Shown here one piece after another: positions 38,002-47,308 of a stretch of DNA of 64,000 nucleotides. The position numbers and the translations under genes were made by a program. The notes under the pieces are model-generated. The model did not search any database. It was not told the origin of the DNA and was given only the letters and a program-made list of their open reading frames with translations. Each line of letters opens with the position of its first letter. Positions within the stretch are counted from its first letter, which is position 1. Where the stretch lies: positions 128,001 through 192,000 of the forward strand of contig CAWDVR010000003.1 in the NCBI GenBank assembly GCA_963805975.1. The letters run 5' to 3'. Origin of the DNA: an uncultured Acidobacteriota bacterium (GTDB taxonomy: Bacteria > Acidobacteriota > Thermoanaerobaculia > Multivoradales > SZUA-115).

Positions 38002-38218
38002 GAAGGGGCCGCAGCGTGCTGCACCCGGCCACCACCAAGAACTCGTCGCTCGATGTCCCGGTGGTCAAAGTCAGGCTTCTTCCCGGAGAGCTGGAGGAGC
38101 TCGTCCGGGAAGGGCGGCAGAGCGGGGACCGATTCTGGGCAGAGGCAGCAAGCAAGGTGTCGAACAAGACTGCAGCCGGCCCTCGACGCAAATCCGCGCG
38201 CTGACCGCCGTCTGCGCC

Positions 38219-40339
38219 TCAAAACCTCCACTCCGCGATCAGCCGCACGGCGCGCGGCTCCGCGGGGTGGAAGTGGACGTCGGCGATGCCTTCCTCGGGC
38301 TCGCCGGGGAGGCGGGACTCGTAGTAGTAGTCGATGTCGCTCACCCGCTCGTTGGTGAGGTTGAAGACCTCCAGCCCGAGCCGCAGGCCGCTCCGGAGCT
38401 GGTAGCCGATGCGGGCGTTGACGGTGCTCGAGTCGCCGGAGCGCACGGAATCGTCCTCGACCAGAGAGCGGGGCCCGAAGTGGCGCAGGCGCACGCCGCC
38501 GAAGAAGCCGCCGAGATCGTCCACCGAGATGCCCGCCGCCACCACCCGCTCGGTGGCGCCGGGGATGCGGTCGCCGGCGGGGTCCGAGTTGGTGAAGCGG
38601 GCGAGGGTGAAGGTGGCGTCGAGGTCGATCGCCAGCCACGGCAGAGGGCGCCAGAAGTTGGTGATCTCGACGCCGGTGCGGCGGCTGGGACGGCCGGCCT
38701 CGGTGGTGCCGGCGTCACCCACGAAGACGATCTCGGAGTCGAGCTCCAGGCCGAACACGGAGACCGTCGTCACCAGGTTCGCGAACCGTTCGGTGCGGAA
38801 GCCGACGTCCGCGCCGCGGGCGCGCACCAGCGGCGGCACCCGGCCCGCGGCCTCGCCGGTCCGCGGATCGACGGCGATGGTGGCGCCGCGGGAGTCGTTC
38901 GAGTGGAAGCCGTAGCCCGCGTTGAGGTAGATCTCGGTCGCGTTCCAGGGGCCGAGCACCAGGCTCGCCTTGGGGGAGAGCACGGCGTCGGTGTCGGTGT
39001 CCGAGTTGGCTGCGAGGTCGCTCGTCACGTCGACGTAGAGCCCGTCGGCGCGCAGGCCGAGGGTCGTGCGCACCTTCTCGCTCCAGCGCACGCGCCCCTC
39101 CCAGAAGAGCGCCGGGTTGATCTCGATCACGTCGTCCTCGCGCGTGGTCGAGACGCGCCGGCGGCGCTCGGTGGAGAAGAGCCCGTTCGCGATCAGGTCG
39201 CCGCGCAGGTCGAAGCCCACCAGGTGCTCGACCGGCCGCTCGCGCCAGGCGCTCGACCAGCGCCGCTTGGTGCCGCCGCCCAGCAGCAGCCGGCGGTCCT
39301 TCTGCTCGAACTGGTCGCCCCGCACCGGGTCGTCGAGGAAGTAGGTGAAGTTCGAGAACAGCGCGAGGTCGGAGTAGACGGCATAGGCGTTGGCCCGCGT
39401 CTGGGTGGTGCCGCTCGCGCGCCACAGCTCGCCCGTCAAGCCGAAGCGCTCCGCCGCGCCGCCGTCGCTCGCGTCGATCGGGTCGAAGCGTGAGATCGCG
39501 CCCGAGGCCACAGCGCGCCCCGGGACCTGGTCGGTCGCGTTCCAGTCGCTTTCGTACCCTTGAGCCATCAGGTGGAAGCCGCGCTCCGCGTCGCCGTGGC
39601 TGTAGCGCAGCAGCGCGTTCGCCCGGTTCAGGTCCTCGGGCAGGGTCCAAGGGCCGTCGTTCTGGCCGAGCTCGACGGCGCCGAGGAGCGAGCCGCCGGC
39701 CCACTGCCGGGAGTCGGCGAGGAGCAGGCGGCCGTAGTCGTCTTCGCCGTAGTCGAGCTTGACCAGCGCCTCGGGCAGCGAGCCCAGGTACTCGATGTGG
39801 GCGGCGCCGGCGGCGGAGAAGTTGCCCTCGTCGGCGTAGTACGGTCCCTTCCGGTACTCCACGCGCTCCACCAGCTCGGGGATCACGAAGTTGAGATCGG
39901 TGTAGCCCTGGCCGTGGCCGTGCGACGGCAGGTTCACCGGCACGCCGCCGGCGGTGACGCGGAAGTCCGTGCCGTGGTCGAGGTTGAAGCCGCGCAGGAA
40001 GTACTGGTTGGCCTTGCCGGAGCCGCTGTGCTGGGTGATGACCACGCCGGGCACGGTCTCGAGCAGCTCGCCGGGCCGCAGCAGGGGCCGGCGCTCGAGG
40101 TCGGCGTGGCCGGTGGCACCCTCGGTGGCGGAGTCCACGACCCCCACCAACTCGCTCGCCCGCTCCTTGACCTCGACCTCGTCGAAGACGGTGAAGTTGC
40201 CGTCGGAAGCGTGGTGGTCCGCCGCCTCGGCGGTGACCTCGGGCTCAGCCGGCTCGGGTTCTTGCGCGAGGACAGGGGAGAGCGCGAGCGAGTGCGCGAG
40301 GCACACGGACGCGGCGAGCACGAGCAGGCTTTGAGTCAT
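38219..40339 (-). CDS. TonB-dependent receptor
   Basis: Plug motif QHSGSGKANQYFLRGFNLDHGTD, RVEYRKGPY, terminal WRF. Confidence 0.9.
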   Translation of the reverse strand: MTQSLLVLAASVCLAHSLALSPVLAQEPEPAEPEVTAEAADHHASDGNFTVFDEVEVKERASELVGVVDSATEGATGHADLERRPLLRPGELLETVPGVVITQHSGSGKANQYFLRGFNLDHGTDFRVTAGGVPVNLPSHGHGQGYTDLNFVIPELVERVEYRKGPYYADEGNFSAAGAAHIEYLGSLPEALVKLDYGEDDYGRLLLADSRQWAGGSLLGAVELGQNDGPWTLPEDLNRANALLRYSHGDAERGFHLMAQGYESDWNATDQVPGRAVASGAISRFDPIDASDGGAAERFGLTGELWRASGTTQTRANAYAVYSDLALFSNFTYFLDDPVRGDQFEQKDRRLLLGGGTKRRWSSAWRERPVEHLVGFDLRGDLIANGLFSTERRRRVSTTREDDVIEINPALFWEGRVRWSEKVRTTLGLRADGLYVDVTSDLAANSDTDTDAVLSPKASLVLGPWNATEIYLNAGYGFHSNDSRGATIAVDPRTGEAAGRVPPLVRARGADVGFRTERFANLVTTVSVFGLELDSEIVFVGDAGTTEAGRPSRRTGVEITNFWRPLPWLAIDLDATFTLARFTNSDPAGDRIPGATERVVAAGISVDDLGGFFGGVRLRHFGPRSLVEDDSVRSGDSSTVNARIGYQLRSGLRLGLEVFNLTNERVSDIDYYYESRLPGEPEEGIADVHFHPAEPRAVRLIAEWRF

Positions 40340-40400
40340 AGCGGGGCTCCTCGCTCGCTATACGAAGCCCACGACGCGGCGGCCGACCGCCGCCCTGTGC

Positions 40401-40751
40401 TCAGAACGGCTTGTAGACGCCGAGGTAGGCCGCGGCAGCCCCGAGCACCGGCAGCAGCACCCACCAGAGCGTGGAGCTCTGAGGCTGGCGGCGGATGAGC
40501 ACGATCACCCCGCCCAGGAGCGCCCAGATCACGACCTTGACCAGCACCCAGGGCGGGAAGCCGAGGCTGAGCTTGGCCAGGATGCCGAAGCCGCTGACCA
40601 GGATCAGCAGCAGGGCGACGCCGTGCGTCCGGAGCGCCAGCCGGCGGCTCTCGGCGTGGCCGCTCCTCGCCGCGGCGATCAGGGCGCCCAGCGACAGGAA
40701 GGCGAGGATCACGCCCACCAGGTGCAGCAGCTTGTAGAACGGGTAGCTCAT
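40401..40751 (-). CDS. Small 4-TM membrane protein (SirB2-like)
   Basis: YKLLHLVG, HGVALLLILVSG, WVLVK, C-terminal YKPF. Confidence 0.7.
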   Translation of the reverse strand: MSYPFYKLLHLVGVILAFLSLGALIAAARSGHAESRRLALRTHGVALLLILVSGFGILAKLSLGFPPWVLVKVVIWALLGGVIVLIRRQPQSSTLWWVLLPVLGAAAAYLGVYKPF

Positions 40752-40806
40752 GAGCTCGAACCTCTCCTCGAGGACGCCGCGGTCCGCGGCGCCGTTGGCG
40801 GCAGGA

Positions 40807-41694
40807 TCAGGACGGCTTGCGCCGCCCCTCTTCGTCGTACTCGTAGACTCCCTTGCCCACCTTGCGCCCGAAGCGGCCGGCCTTGACGTACTGGACCAGC
40901 AGGTTGCTCGGCCGGTAGGCGTCGCCGAGCGTCTTTTGCAGATACTCGAGGATCGACAGCCGCACGTCGAGGCCCACCAGGTCCACCATCTCGAAAGGGC
41001 CCATGGGGTGGTTCAGGCCCAGCTTGAGCGCGGTGTCGATGTCCTCGGCCGAGGCGACGCCCTCCTGCAGCATGCGGAAGGCCTCGTTGCCGATCAGGGC
41101 ATTGATGCGGCTGGTGACGAAGCCGGGCGACTCGTGGACCAGCACCGTGGTCTTCCCCATGCGGCGCGACACCTCTTCGATCGCCGCCACGGTCTCCGGC
41201 GCGGTCTCGAGGCCGCGGACGATCTCGACCAGCTTCATCAGGTGCACAGGGTTGAAGAAGTGCATGCCGGCGAAGAGCCGGGGCCGGCCGGAGCCCGCCG
41301 CCATCTCGGTGATCGAGAGCGACGAGGTGTTGGAGGCGAAGAGGGCCTCCGCGGGGGCGCTCTCGACGACCTTGCGGAAGGTCTCGATCTTGAGCGCCAT
41401 GGACTCAGGGATAGCCTCGATCACCAGGCCGCTGCCGGTCACGGCGGCGCCGAGGTCGGCGTGGAAAGAGAGCGCGGCCCTGGCCTTCTCCGCCGCCGCG
41501 GGCTCCATCTTGCCGAGCTCGACGCCCTTGTCCAGGTTCTTGTCGATGCGGCTCCTGGCGGCATCGAGCACCGTTTGCTCCACGTCGAAGAGCCGGGTGT
41601 CGTAGCCGGCGGCGGCCGCCACCTGGGCGATGCCGCGGCCCATGGTGCCGGCGCCCAGGACGGCGATGGAGTGGATTGCGAAGTCTGAAGGCAT
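40807..41694 (-). CDS. 3-hydroxyacyl-CoA (3-hydroxybutyryl-CoA) dehydrogenase
   Basis: GAGTMGRGIA, ASNTSSLSI, GMHFFNP, HPMGPF. Confidence 0.93.
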   Translation of the reverse strand: MPSDFAIHSIAVLGAGTMGRGIAQVAAAAGYDTRLFDVEQTVLDAARSRIDKNLDKGVELGKMEPAAAEKARAALSFHADLGAAVTGSGLVIEAIPESMALKIETFRKVVESAPAEALFASNTSSLSITEMAAGSGRPRLFAGMHFFNPVHLMKLVEIVRGLETAPETVAAIEEVSRRMGKTTVLVHESPGFVTSRINALIGNEAFRMLQEGVASAEDIDTALKLGLNHPMGPFEMVDLVGLDVRLSILEYLQKTLGDAYRPSNLLVQYVKAGRFGRKVGKGVYEYDEEGRRKPS

Positions 41695-41704
41695 AGAGGG
41701 CTCT

Positions 41705-41758
41705 GTCGATCTCGGGAGACGGGTCGATCTCAGGAGACGGGTCGATCTCAGGAAACGG
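41705..41758. repeat. Tandem repeat, 3 x 18 bp (GTCGATCTCRGGARACGG)
   Basis: Units start at 41705, 41723 and 41741; one contains the stop codon of the ferritin-like gene. Confidence 0.9.
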
Positions 41759-42422
41759 GAAGGGAGTGCAGGCCGGTCGTCCTCTCGGCCAGGGTGCGAA
41801 GCTCGTCGGCGATGGCAAGGGTGTTGCGCGTCGCGGCGGCCACCAGCTCCTGGAGCTCGGGGGTGTTCGCGTGGCGCTCCAGGAACTCGCGGCCGATGTG
41901 GTGGTGGTGGACCTCTTCGGGCTGGATCACCTCGCGGTAGAGGCGCGCGGTCTCGAGATCTCCCACCGACTCGCAGAAGGCGATGAACTGCGTGTTGCGC
42001 ACCTCGGCGATGGCCTCGCTGGCGAAGGGGCCGGCGGCGATGCGCTCCACCGTGGTGCGCAGCCCCCGCATGTACTGGTAGAGCGGGCTGTGCCCCTCGG
42101 CCAGCGGGTCGAAACCCGAGAGGTCGTCCCCCAGCTCGGCCAGCCGCTGGCTGATCAAGTGGTAGTGGCGCATCTCGTCGCCGCACTGCGCCGCAAAGAC
42201 GTGCTTGGCGTCGATCTCCGGCGTCGAGGGCATCCAGAAGCCGGCGAGCTCACTCGCTTCGAGCTCGGAGGCGAGCGCCAGCTTCAGGAGGGTGACGACC
42301 TCGATCCGGCCCCCCGACTCGGCCTCCAGGGTCTCGTGCTCGCCCAGCCGGGCGAAGAGGCCGTGCATCTCCTCGACCAGGGCGGCAATGAATTTTTTGC
42401 TTTCCGGGGCCTGACTGTCCAC
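41748..42422 (-). CDS. Ferritin-like (di-iron) domain protein
   Basis: E..DEMRH..E..EEVHH ligand pattern; GAGGAG RBS before GTG 42422. Confidence 0.75.
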   Translation of the reverse strand: MDSQAPESKKFIAALVEEMHGLFARLGEHETLEAESGGRIEVVTLLKLALASELEASELAGFWMPSTPEIDAKHVFAAQCGDEMRHYHLISQRLAELGDDLSGFDPLAEGHSPLYQYMRGLRTTVERIAAGPFASEAIAEVRNTQFIAFCESVGDLETARLYREVIQPEEVHHHHIGREFLERHANTPELQELVAAATRNTLAIADELRTLAERTTGLHSLPVS

Positions 42423-42529
42423 GGCTGGGCTCCTCGAGGCCGGCATTGTACGCGCGGGACCCGTAGGCTATCATCCCGGCCGGCTTCCGAGGCCCGAGCC
42501 TCGCCCTCCAGGTTCGCCCCAGGATCCCG

Positions 42530-43936
42530 ATGATCGACCGCCCCTCTGCCGACCCAGCTCTCGCCTACTCAGCGCACGAGGATCATCCCCTGGTCTCGGC
42601 CCTGCTGGCCGATCAGTTGGGAGCGTCGGCCAGCGGGCTGAACTTGAACATCGACGCGCGGGACGACATGTTCCGCTTCACGAGCGACCAGACGCAGGGC
42701 TATCGCGAGCTGGCGCTGGTGAACTACTTTCGCTCGGGGCTCAGCGCGCTGCAGGTCGTGGGTCGGGTCCTGGACGGCTACTTTCCGGCCGCGAAAGGGC
42801 TCCGGATCCTCGATTTCGCCTGCGGCTACGGCCGGGCGACACGCTTCTTCGTCCACGCCTATCCCGAGAACCGCTTCACCGCCTCGGACATCCTCACCGA
42901 TGCGGTCCGCTTCCAGGCGCGCGAGCTCGGGGTGGAAGCCTTCCCCTCCGCCGCCAAGCCGGAGGACCTGGTCTGCCAGGACCGGTTCCACGCGGTGGTG
43001 GTGCTCTCGCTCTTCTCGCACCTTCCTCCGGCAACCTTCGAGAGCTGGCTCGCCAGGCTCCTGGCGCTGCTCGAGCCCGGAGGCCTGCTGCTCTTCTCGG
43101 TGCACGACGCGTCGCGCGCTCCGGCGAGCGTCGAGCAGGCAGAGGGCGGCATTCAGTTCGACAACAAGAGCGAGTCCTTTGTTCTCGATCCGAACGAGTA
43201 CGGCTCGACGTGGGTCACGGAAGAGTACGTCGCCAACCTGCTCCGGCGCCTGGGTGAGGGCCGCTACTCGTACCGTCGGTTCCGGCGTGGCCTCTGGCAC
43301 CTCCAGGATCTCTACCTGGTCGCGGATCGGCCGGACTACTCGTTCGAGACGCTCGACCTCCCGACCCAGCCGGAGGGCTACCTCGATGCCTGCAGCGTCG
43401 AGCACGGGCGTCTGCTGCACCTTTCCGGCTGGGCGCTCGCCCGCGCCCCGCTCGGCAAGCCGGTCACGGTCCGGATCTACAGGAACTGCGAGCTGATAGG
43501 CCAGTGCATCCCGGCCCTCCAGCGGCCGGACGCCGCCAGCTTCACCGGCAGCACCGAGGTCTCGTGCGGCTGGGCTTTCTCGTGCGAGGCCCAGGGCGAC
43601 CTCTTCCGCTCGACCGACACCCTGCTGGTGAAGGCCGTCGATGCCCGGGGGACGGAGTTCGTGCTCTATCTCGGATCTCTCGAGGGCGTCCAGCTCTATC
43701 TGAAGCTCGTGCACGCCACGGCGCGCGGCGATGAGCTCGCGGAGCGGCTGGAGTCCGAGCAGCGGGCCCTCCGGCAGGCCAGTGCGGAGAGGGACGCGGA
43801 GCAGAGCGCCGGCCGGAGGCTGCGGGGCGAGCTCGAGGCGCTGCAGCTCCACGTCGCGACGATGGAAGCCAGCCGCTTCTGGAAGCTCCGCAACGTGTGG
43901 TGGCGCCTGCGCCGGGCGCTGGGGCTGGCCAGGTAG
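42530..43936 (+). CDS. Class I SAM-dependent methyltransferase with C-terminal coiled coil
   Basis: ILDFACGYGR, SLFSHL, LLEPGG; coiled coil then MEASRFWKLR amphipathic tail. Confidence 0.85.
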   Translation: MIDRPSADPALAYSAHEDHPLVSALLADQLGASASGLNLNIDARDDMFRFTSDQTQGYRELALVNYFRSGLSALQVVGRVLDGYFPAAKGLRILDFACGYGRATRFFVHAYPENRFTASDILTDAVRFQARELGVEAFPSAAKPEDLVCQDRFHAVVVLSLFSHLPPATFESWLARLLALLEPGGLLLFSVHDASRAPASVEQAEGGIQFDNKSESFVLDPNEYGSTWVTEEYVANLLRRLGEGRYSYRRFRRGLWHLQDLYLVADRPDYSFETLDLPTQPEGYLDACSVEHGRLLHLSGWALARAPLGKPVTVRIYRNCELIGQCIPALQRPDAASFTGSTEVSCGWAFSCEAQGDLFRSTDTLLVKAVDARGTEFVLYLGSLEGVQLYLKLVHATARGDELAERLESEQRALRQASAERDAEQSAGRRLRGELEALQLHVATMEASRFWKLRNVWWRLRRALGLAR

Positions 43937-43947
43937 CGGGCGCCGCG

Positions 43948-44571
43948 TTACGGGTCGAGCGTGCGCAGCACCGCGCGCACCGGCGAGGCGTCGAGGTCCG
44001 CGAGCTTCAAAGGCAGGGCGATCAGCTCGTAGAGGCCCGCGGGCACTGCGTCGAGGACCACCCCCTCCAGGATGACGATGCCGGCCCCGGCCAGCGCGTG
44101 GTGGGCCGGGAGATCGTCGCTTCCCAGGGGATCGACCGACGGCGTGTCGAGGCCCACCAGCAGGAGGCCGCGCCGCGCGAGCTCCTCGGCCGCCGCCGCC
44201 GACAGCGCCGTGAAACGCTGGTGAAAGACCTTGCGATCGGGAAGGCTTCCGGTCTTGAGCAGCAGGCGCCGGGGCTCGTCCGGCCCTGCCGGCGGCAGGT
44301 GCTCCGGCAGCACCAGCGGCACGGCAGGCACGGCCGCCACCCGGCAGGGGCCGAGGAACGGCGCGAGCGGCAGGTCGCCGATCGCTGATCCCCCGGCCTC
44401 GGTGTGGAGCGGCGCATCCACGTGCGAGCCCAGGTGCGTCGTGGTGGTGAACGCGGAGACGTTGGCCGCGTCCCCCGCCGCGAGCGAGCCGGTGGCCACG
44501 GTGGAGAATTGGACATCCCCCGGCCAGACGGGCGTCGACGCATCGAGGCGTGGGGAGATGTCGTAGAGCAT
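43948..44571 (-). CDS. kynB: Cyclase family / kynurenine formamidase
   Basis: PVWPGD, HLGSHVDAPLH, GLDTPSVD, LIALPLKL..DASPVRAV. Confidence 0.8.
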   Translation of the reverse strand: MLYDISPRLDASTPVWPGDVQFSTVATGSLAAGDAANVSAFTTTTHLGSHVDAPLHTEAGGSAIGDLPLAPFLGPCRVAAVPAVPLVLPEHLPPAGPDEPRRLLLKTGSLPDRKVFHQRFTALSAAAAEELARRGLLLVGLDTPSVDPLGSDDLPAHHALAGAGIVILEGVVLDAVPAGLYELIALPLKLADLDASPVRAVLRTLDP

Positions 44572-44653
44572 GGGGGTGGGGTGGCCACGCCCTCGGGCCA
44601 GCGCACCGGCAGTATAGAGGCTCGGCCGCTCGGATCGTGGCGACCGGCCCGGC

Positions 44654-45250
44654 TCAGCCCTCCCCGCCCGCCCCCGCTTCTTCCTTGACGATGGACCTGG
44701 GGAGCCCGCTCCCTTGGAGGGCGATGGCGTCGGCGAGCGCCTGGTCGAGCTGGCCGCGGAAGCGGGCGAGGACCAGGCTTTCCTCGCTGAGCGCAAAGAC
44801 GTAGACGCTCTCGATGCTCTTGCCGCGCTGCCGGTAGAGCACGGAGCCGGTCTCGGTCCCGTCCTGGAAGCGGGCGGCGACCCGCCAGCCGCGGCGGTCG
44901 GCGAGCCGGCTGACGGCTTCCGACCACTCCTGCCGGAGTCCCGGGCGCAGGCCCTCGACCTCGTAGACGGCGACCTCGACGCCGGAGAGATGGCTCATCA
45001 GCTCCGCGGTCTGGCGGGCCTCGTCGTCCCCTTCGTGCTCGCCGCCGGCGCGGATGATGCTCCGGGCGATCGCCATCGACAGGCGCCCGAGGTGCACCTG
45101 GACCTCGGGCCGGACCTCGACACTGGGCAAGGCGCGCGCCACCTCGTGGCGCATCGGATCGAGGGTCGGGGCCCAGAACAGGCAGCCGCTCGAGGCCAGC
45201 GCGAGGCCGAGGACGAAGAGGAGGCGGGCGGTGGGGCGGACCTTCTCCAT
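44654..45250 (-). CDS. DUF4252-like lipoprotein
   Basis: Lipobox LASSGC; GVEVAVYE..GW..LVLARFRG pattern; operonic with the paralog. Confidence 0.7.
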   Translation of the reverse strand: MEKVRPTARLLFVLGLALASSGCLFWAPTLDPMRHEVARALPSVEVRPEVQVHLGRLSMAIARSIIRAGGEHEGDDEARQTAELMSHLSGVEVAVYEVEGLRPGLRQEWSEAVSRLADRRGWRVAARFQDGTETGSVLYRQRGKSIESVYVFALSEESLVLARFRGQLDQALADAIALQGSGLPRSIVKEEAGAGGEG

Positions 45251-45261
45251 GGCGGGGCTCC

Positions 45262-45900
45262 TCAGGGCTCGTCCTGCGGTGGCTTCTCGGCGGGCAGCTT
45301 CTTGCCACCGGCGTTGGCGTCGATCTGTCCCTGAGCGGCGGCCAAGCCCTGGATGTTGAACCGCTGGCCGATGCTGCCGATCTGGGCGGGGTCGACCTCG
45401 CCGGCGATGTTGATGAAACCGAACTGGTGGTCGGCATCGACGAAGAGCGCGGTGAGGCCCTGGATGCGGTTGCCCGCGCTCTTCAGGTAGATGTAGTGGA
45501 TGGTGTCGCCGTCCCGCAGCCACACCACGCGCTGCCAGCCCCGGCTCTCGAGCAGCGAAGCGTTCTTCGCCACCCGCTTGCGGATCTCCGCCAGGTCCGT
45601 CGCCTTCGGCTTGTAGAGCTGGAAGACGACGGACTTGATCTTGGCGAGCGCCGACGAGAGCTCGGGGTCCGCGGCCTTCGCCGCCTCGGCCACGAACTGC
45701 ACCAGGGGACCCTGGATGTTGACCTCGACCGTCAGGTCCTCCTCGCGGTCGTAGATGTCGAGCTTGGTCACGTCGACGAAACCCGGCTCCCCGGCCAGCG
45801 CCGCGGAGGGAGGAGGGGCCTGGGCCCCGGCCGGCTGCGTGCCTGCCAGAAGCGGGACGGCTGCCAGGAGCAGGGCGAAGGACAGGAGTCGGTTGCTCAT
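45262..45900 (-). CDS. DUF4252-like secreted protein
   Basis: Signal peptide; VEVNIQGPL..GWQRVV..FINIAGEVD. Confidence 0.75.
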   Translation of the reverse strand: MSNRLLSFALLLAAVPLLAGTQPAGAQAPPPSAALAGEPGFVDVTKLDIYDREEDLTVEVNIQGPLVQFVAEAAKAADPELSSALAKIKSVVFQLYKPKATDLAEIRKRVAKNASLLESRGWQRVVWLRDGDTIHYIYLKSAGNRIQGLTALFVDADHQFGFINIAGEVDPAQIGSIGQRFNIQGLAAAQGQIDANAGGKKLPAEKPPQDEP

Positions 45901-46568
45901 CGACGCACCTCGGCGGGAAGGCCGGCAGCCGGCGGCGCGAGCCCGCGGCGCACCGGGTGGATCACGTTTTCGATGACCTCGTCGCGCACCCGGGTGCCGG
46001 CCTCGCCGCCCAGGCGTCCGAGGTAAGCGAAGGTGAGCTTGAGCTCGGCCTCGGCGCGGGCCACCTCTTCGGCGCTCACCCGCGGCCTGGGCTCCGGCGC
46101 CAGCACGACGACCAGGCTGGCCGCGGCGAGCGACGCCGCCAGGCCGGCGGCGACCGCCGGCCTCAGGAGCCCGCGGAAGCGTTCGCCACGGGCCGGCGAG
46201 CCCACCGCCCGCCAGGAGCTGCGCGTGCGAGGCGTCGGGGGCGTGTGGTGGCGCCCTCGCCCCGCGTGAGCGGGGAGAGGGATGGGGTGAGGGGCCGCCT
46301 CGGTCTCGGCCTGGGCGCGCACGGTGGCGGCAACCTGCGGCGGGCAGGACGGCCGCGACCAGCGGGAGAAGCTTTGCGCGAGGTCCTGCGCCAGGGCGAG
46401 GTCGGCGGCGCAGGCCGGGCATGCGGTAGTGTGGCGGTCGAGCAGGGTCCGCTCGGCGGAGGAGAGCTCGCCGTCCGGCCAGGCGTCGATCAGGTCGGTG
46501 ACCCGGTCGCAGAGGCCGGGATCGCGAAGGGTCACGGCGCCGGGGGGAGGATCAGGCGGTTTGAGCAT
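45897..46568 (-). CDS. Zinc-finger (zf-HC2) anti-sigma factor
   Basis: HTTACPAC HxxxCxxC motif, one TM helix, overlaps the sigma gene. Confidence 0.85.
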   Translation of the reverse strand: MLKPPDPPPGAVTLRDPGLCDRVTDLIDAWPDGELSSAERTLLDRHTTACPACAADLALAQDLAQSFSRWSRPSCPPQVAATVRAQAETEAAPHPIPLPAHAGRGRHHTPPTPRTRSSWRAVGSPARGERFRGLLRPAVAAGLAASLAAASLVVVLAPEPRPRVSAEEVARAEAELKLTFAYLGRLGGEAGTRVRDEVIENVIHPVRRGLAPPAAGLPAEVRR

Positions 46569-47076
46569 AGCTGTGCACCTCCCGGAGATGCTCGCGCAGG
46601 CGGCGGCGCGCGCGGTGAAGGTAGGTCTTGACGGTGTTCAAGGGCAGCTCGAGGGCGTCGGCGATCTCCTGGTAGCTGCGTCCCTGGACCTCGCGCAGCA
46701 GAGCGATCGAACGGTACGGCTCGTCGAGCGCCGCGACGGCGCGCTTCAAGAGCCGGTCCAGGTCCTGCGCGGCGAGGCTCTCCTCCGGGCTCTCCCCACC
46801 GTCCGGGGCATCGAGGGTCGCGGCGTCGATGCCGGTCTCGAAGATGCGCCCGCGGGTGCGGCGGCTGCGCAGGCAGTCGAAGCAGGCGTTGCGGGTGACG
46901 CGGGCGAGCCACGCCCCGGCTTTCTCCGGCTCCACGGTCTCGATGTTGCGCCACAGCCGGAGCAGCACCTCTTGGGTCACGTCCTCGGCCTCCTCCTGGC
47001 TCCTCAGGTAATAGGTGGCGAAGCCGAAGACCCGGTGCTGATGTACTTCCACCAGCTCGTGGAACCGGCTCAGCAT
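46552..47076 (-). CDS. ECF RNA polymerase sigma factor (RpoE/SigW-like)
   Basis: AEDVTQEVLLRLW, SYQEIADALELPLNTVKTYLHRAR. Confidence 0.92.
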   Translation of the reverse strand: MLSRFHELVEVHQHRVFGFATYYLRSQEEAEDVTQEVLLRLWRNIETVEPEKAGAWLARVTRNACFDCLRSRRTRGRIFETGIDAATLDAPDGGESPEESLAAQDLDRLLKRAVAALDEPYRSIALLREVQGRSYQEIADALELPLNTVKTYLHRARRRLREHLREVHSYAQTA

Positions 47077-47088
47077 CGCAAAGGGTTT

Positions 47089-47114
47089 AACGGCGGGGGA
47101 GGGGGAAGGTTACA
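47089..47114 (-). promoter_or_regulatory. Putative autoregulatory ECF promoter
   Basis: TGTAAC-N16-CGTT ending 12 nt before the sigma ATG. Confidence 0.6.
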
Positions 47115-47246
47115 GGGATGGATTCCCGCTTGCGCGGGAATGACCAGAGGACCAGCGCCTGCGGCCTCGTAACTCCCACGTCGCAGGCGATGACCCACAG
47201 CGCCGCTTTCGACCTCGTCATTCCCGCGCAAGCGGGAATCCATCCC
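47115..47246. repeat. Inverted pair of REP-like palindromes (GTCATTCCCGCGCAAGCGGGAATCCATCCC)
   Basis: 47115-47144 and 47217-47246 are perfect 30-bp reverse complements; same family as 5573-5642. Confidence 0.9.
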
Positions 47247-47250
47247 TCTT

Positions 47251-47267
47251 CCTACACCTGTGGTAGG
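47251..47267. promoter_or_regulatory. Putative BlaI/MecI/CopY operator
   Basis: CCTACACCTGTGGTAGG contains TACA-CC-TGTG (near the TACAnnTGTA box) inside a CCTAC/GTAGG inverted repeat upstream of the repressor. Confidence 0.45.
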
Positions 47268-47308
47268 CTCACGCCGTTTTGTCGTAGACATGCACCAAGG
47301 AGGTCGCC

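Noticed and set aside
37998-38204. 68-aa ORF overlapping the adhesin stop
   Set aside because: No motif and weak codon bias; cannot be supported
41705-41758. Mini CRISPR array
   Set aside because: Repeats are directly adjacent with no spacers
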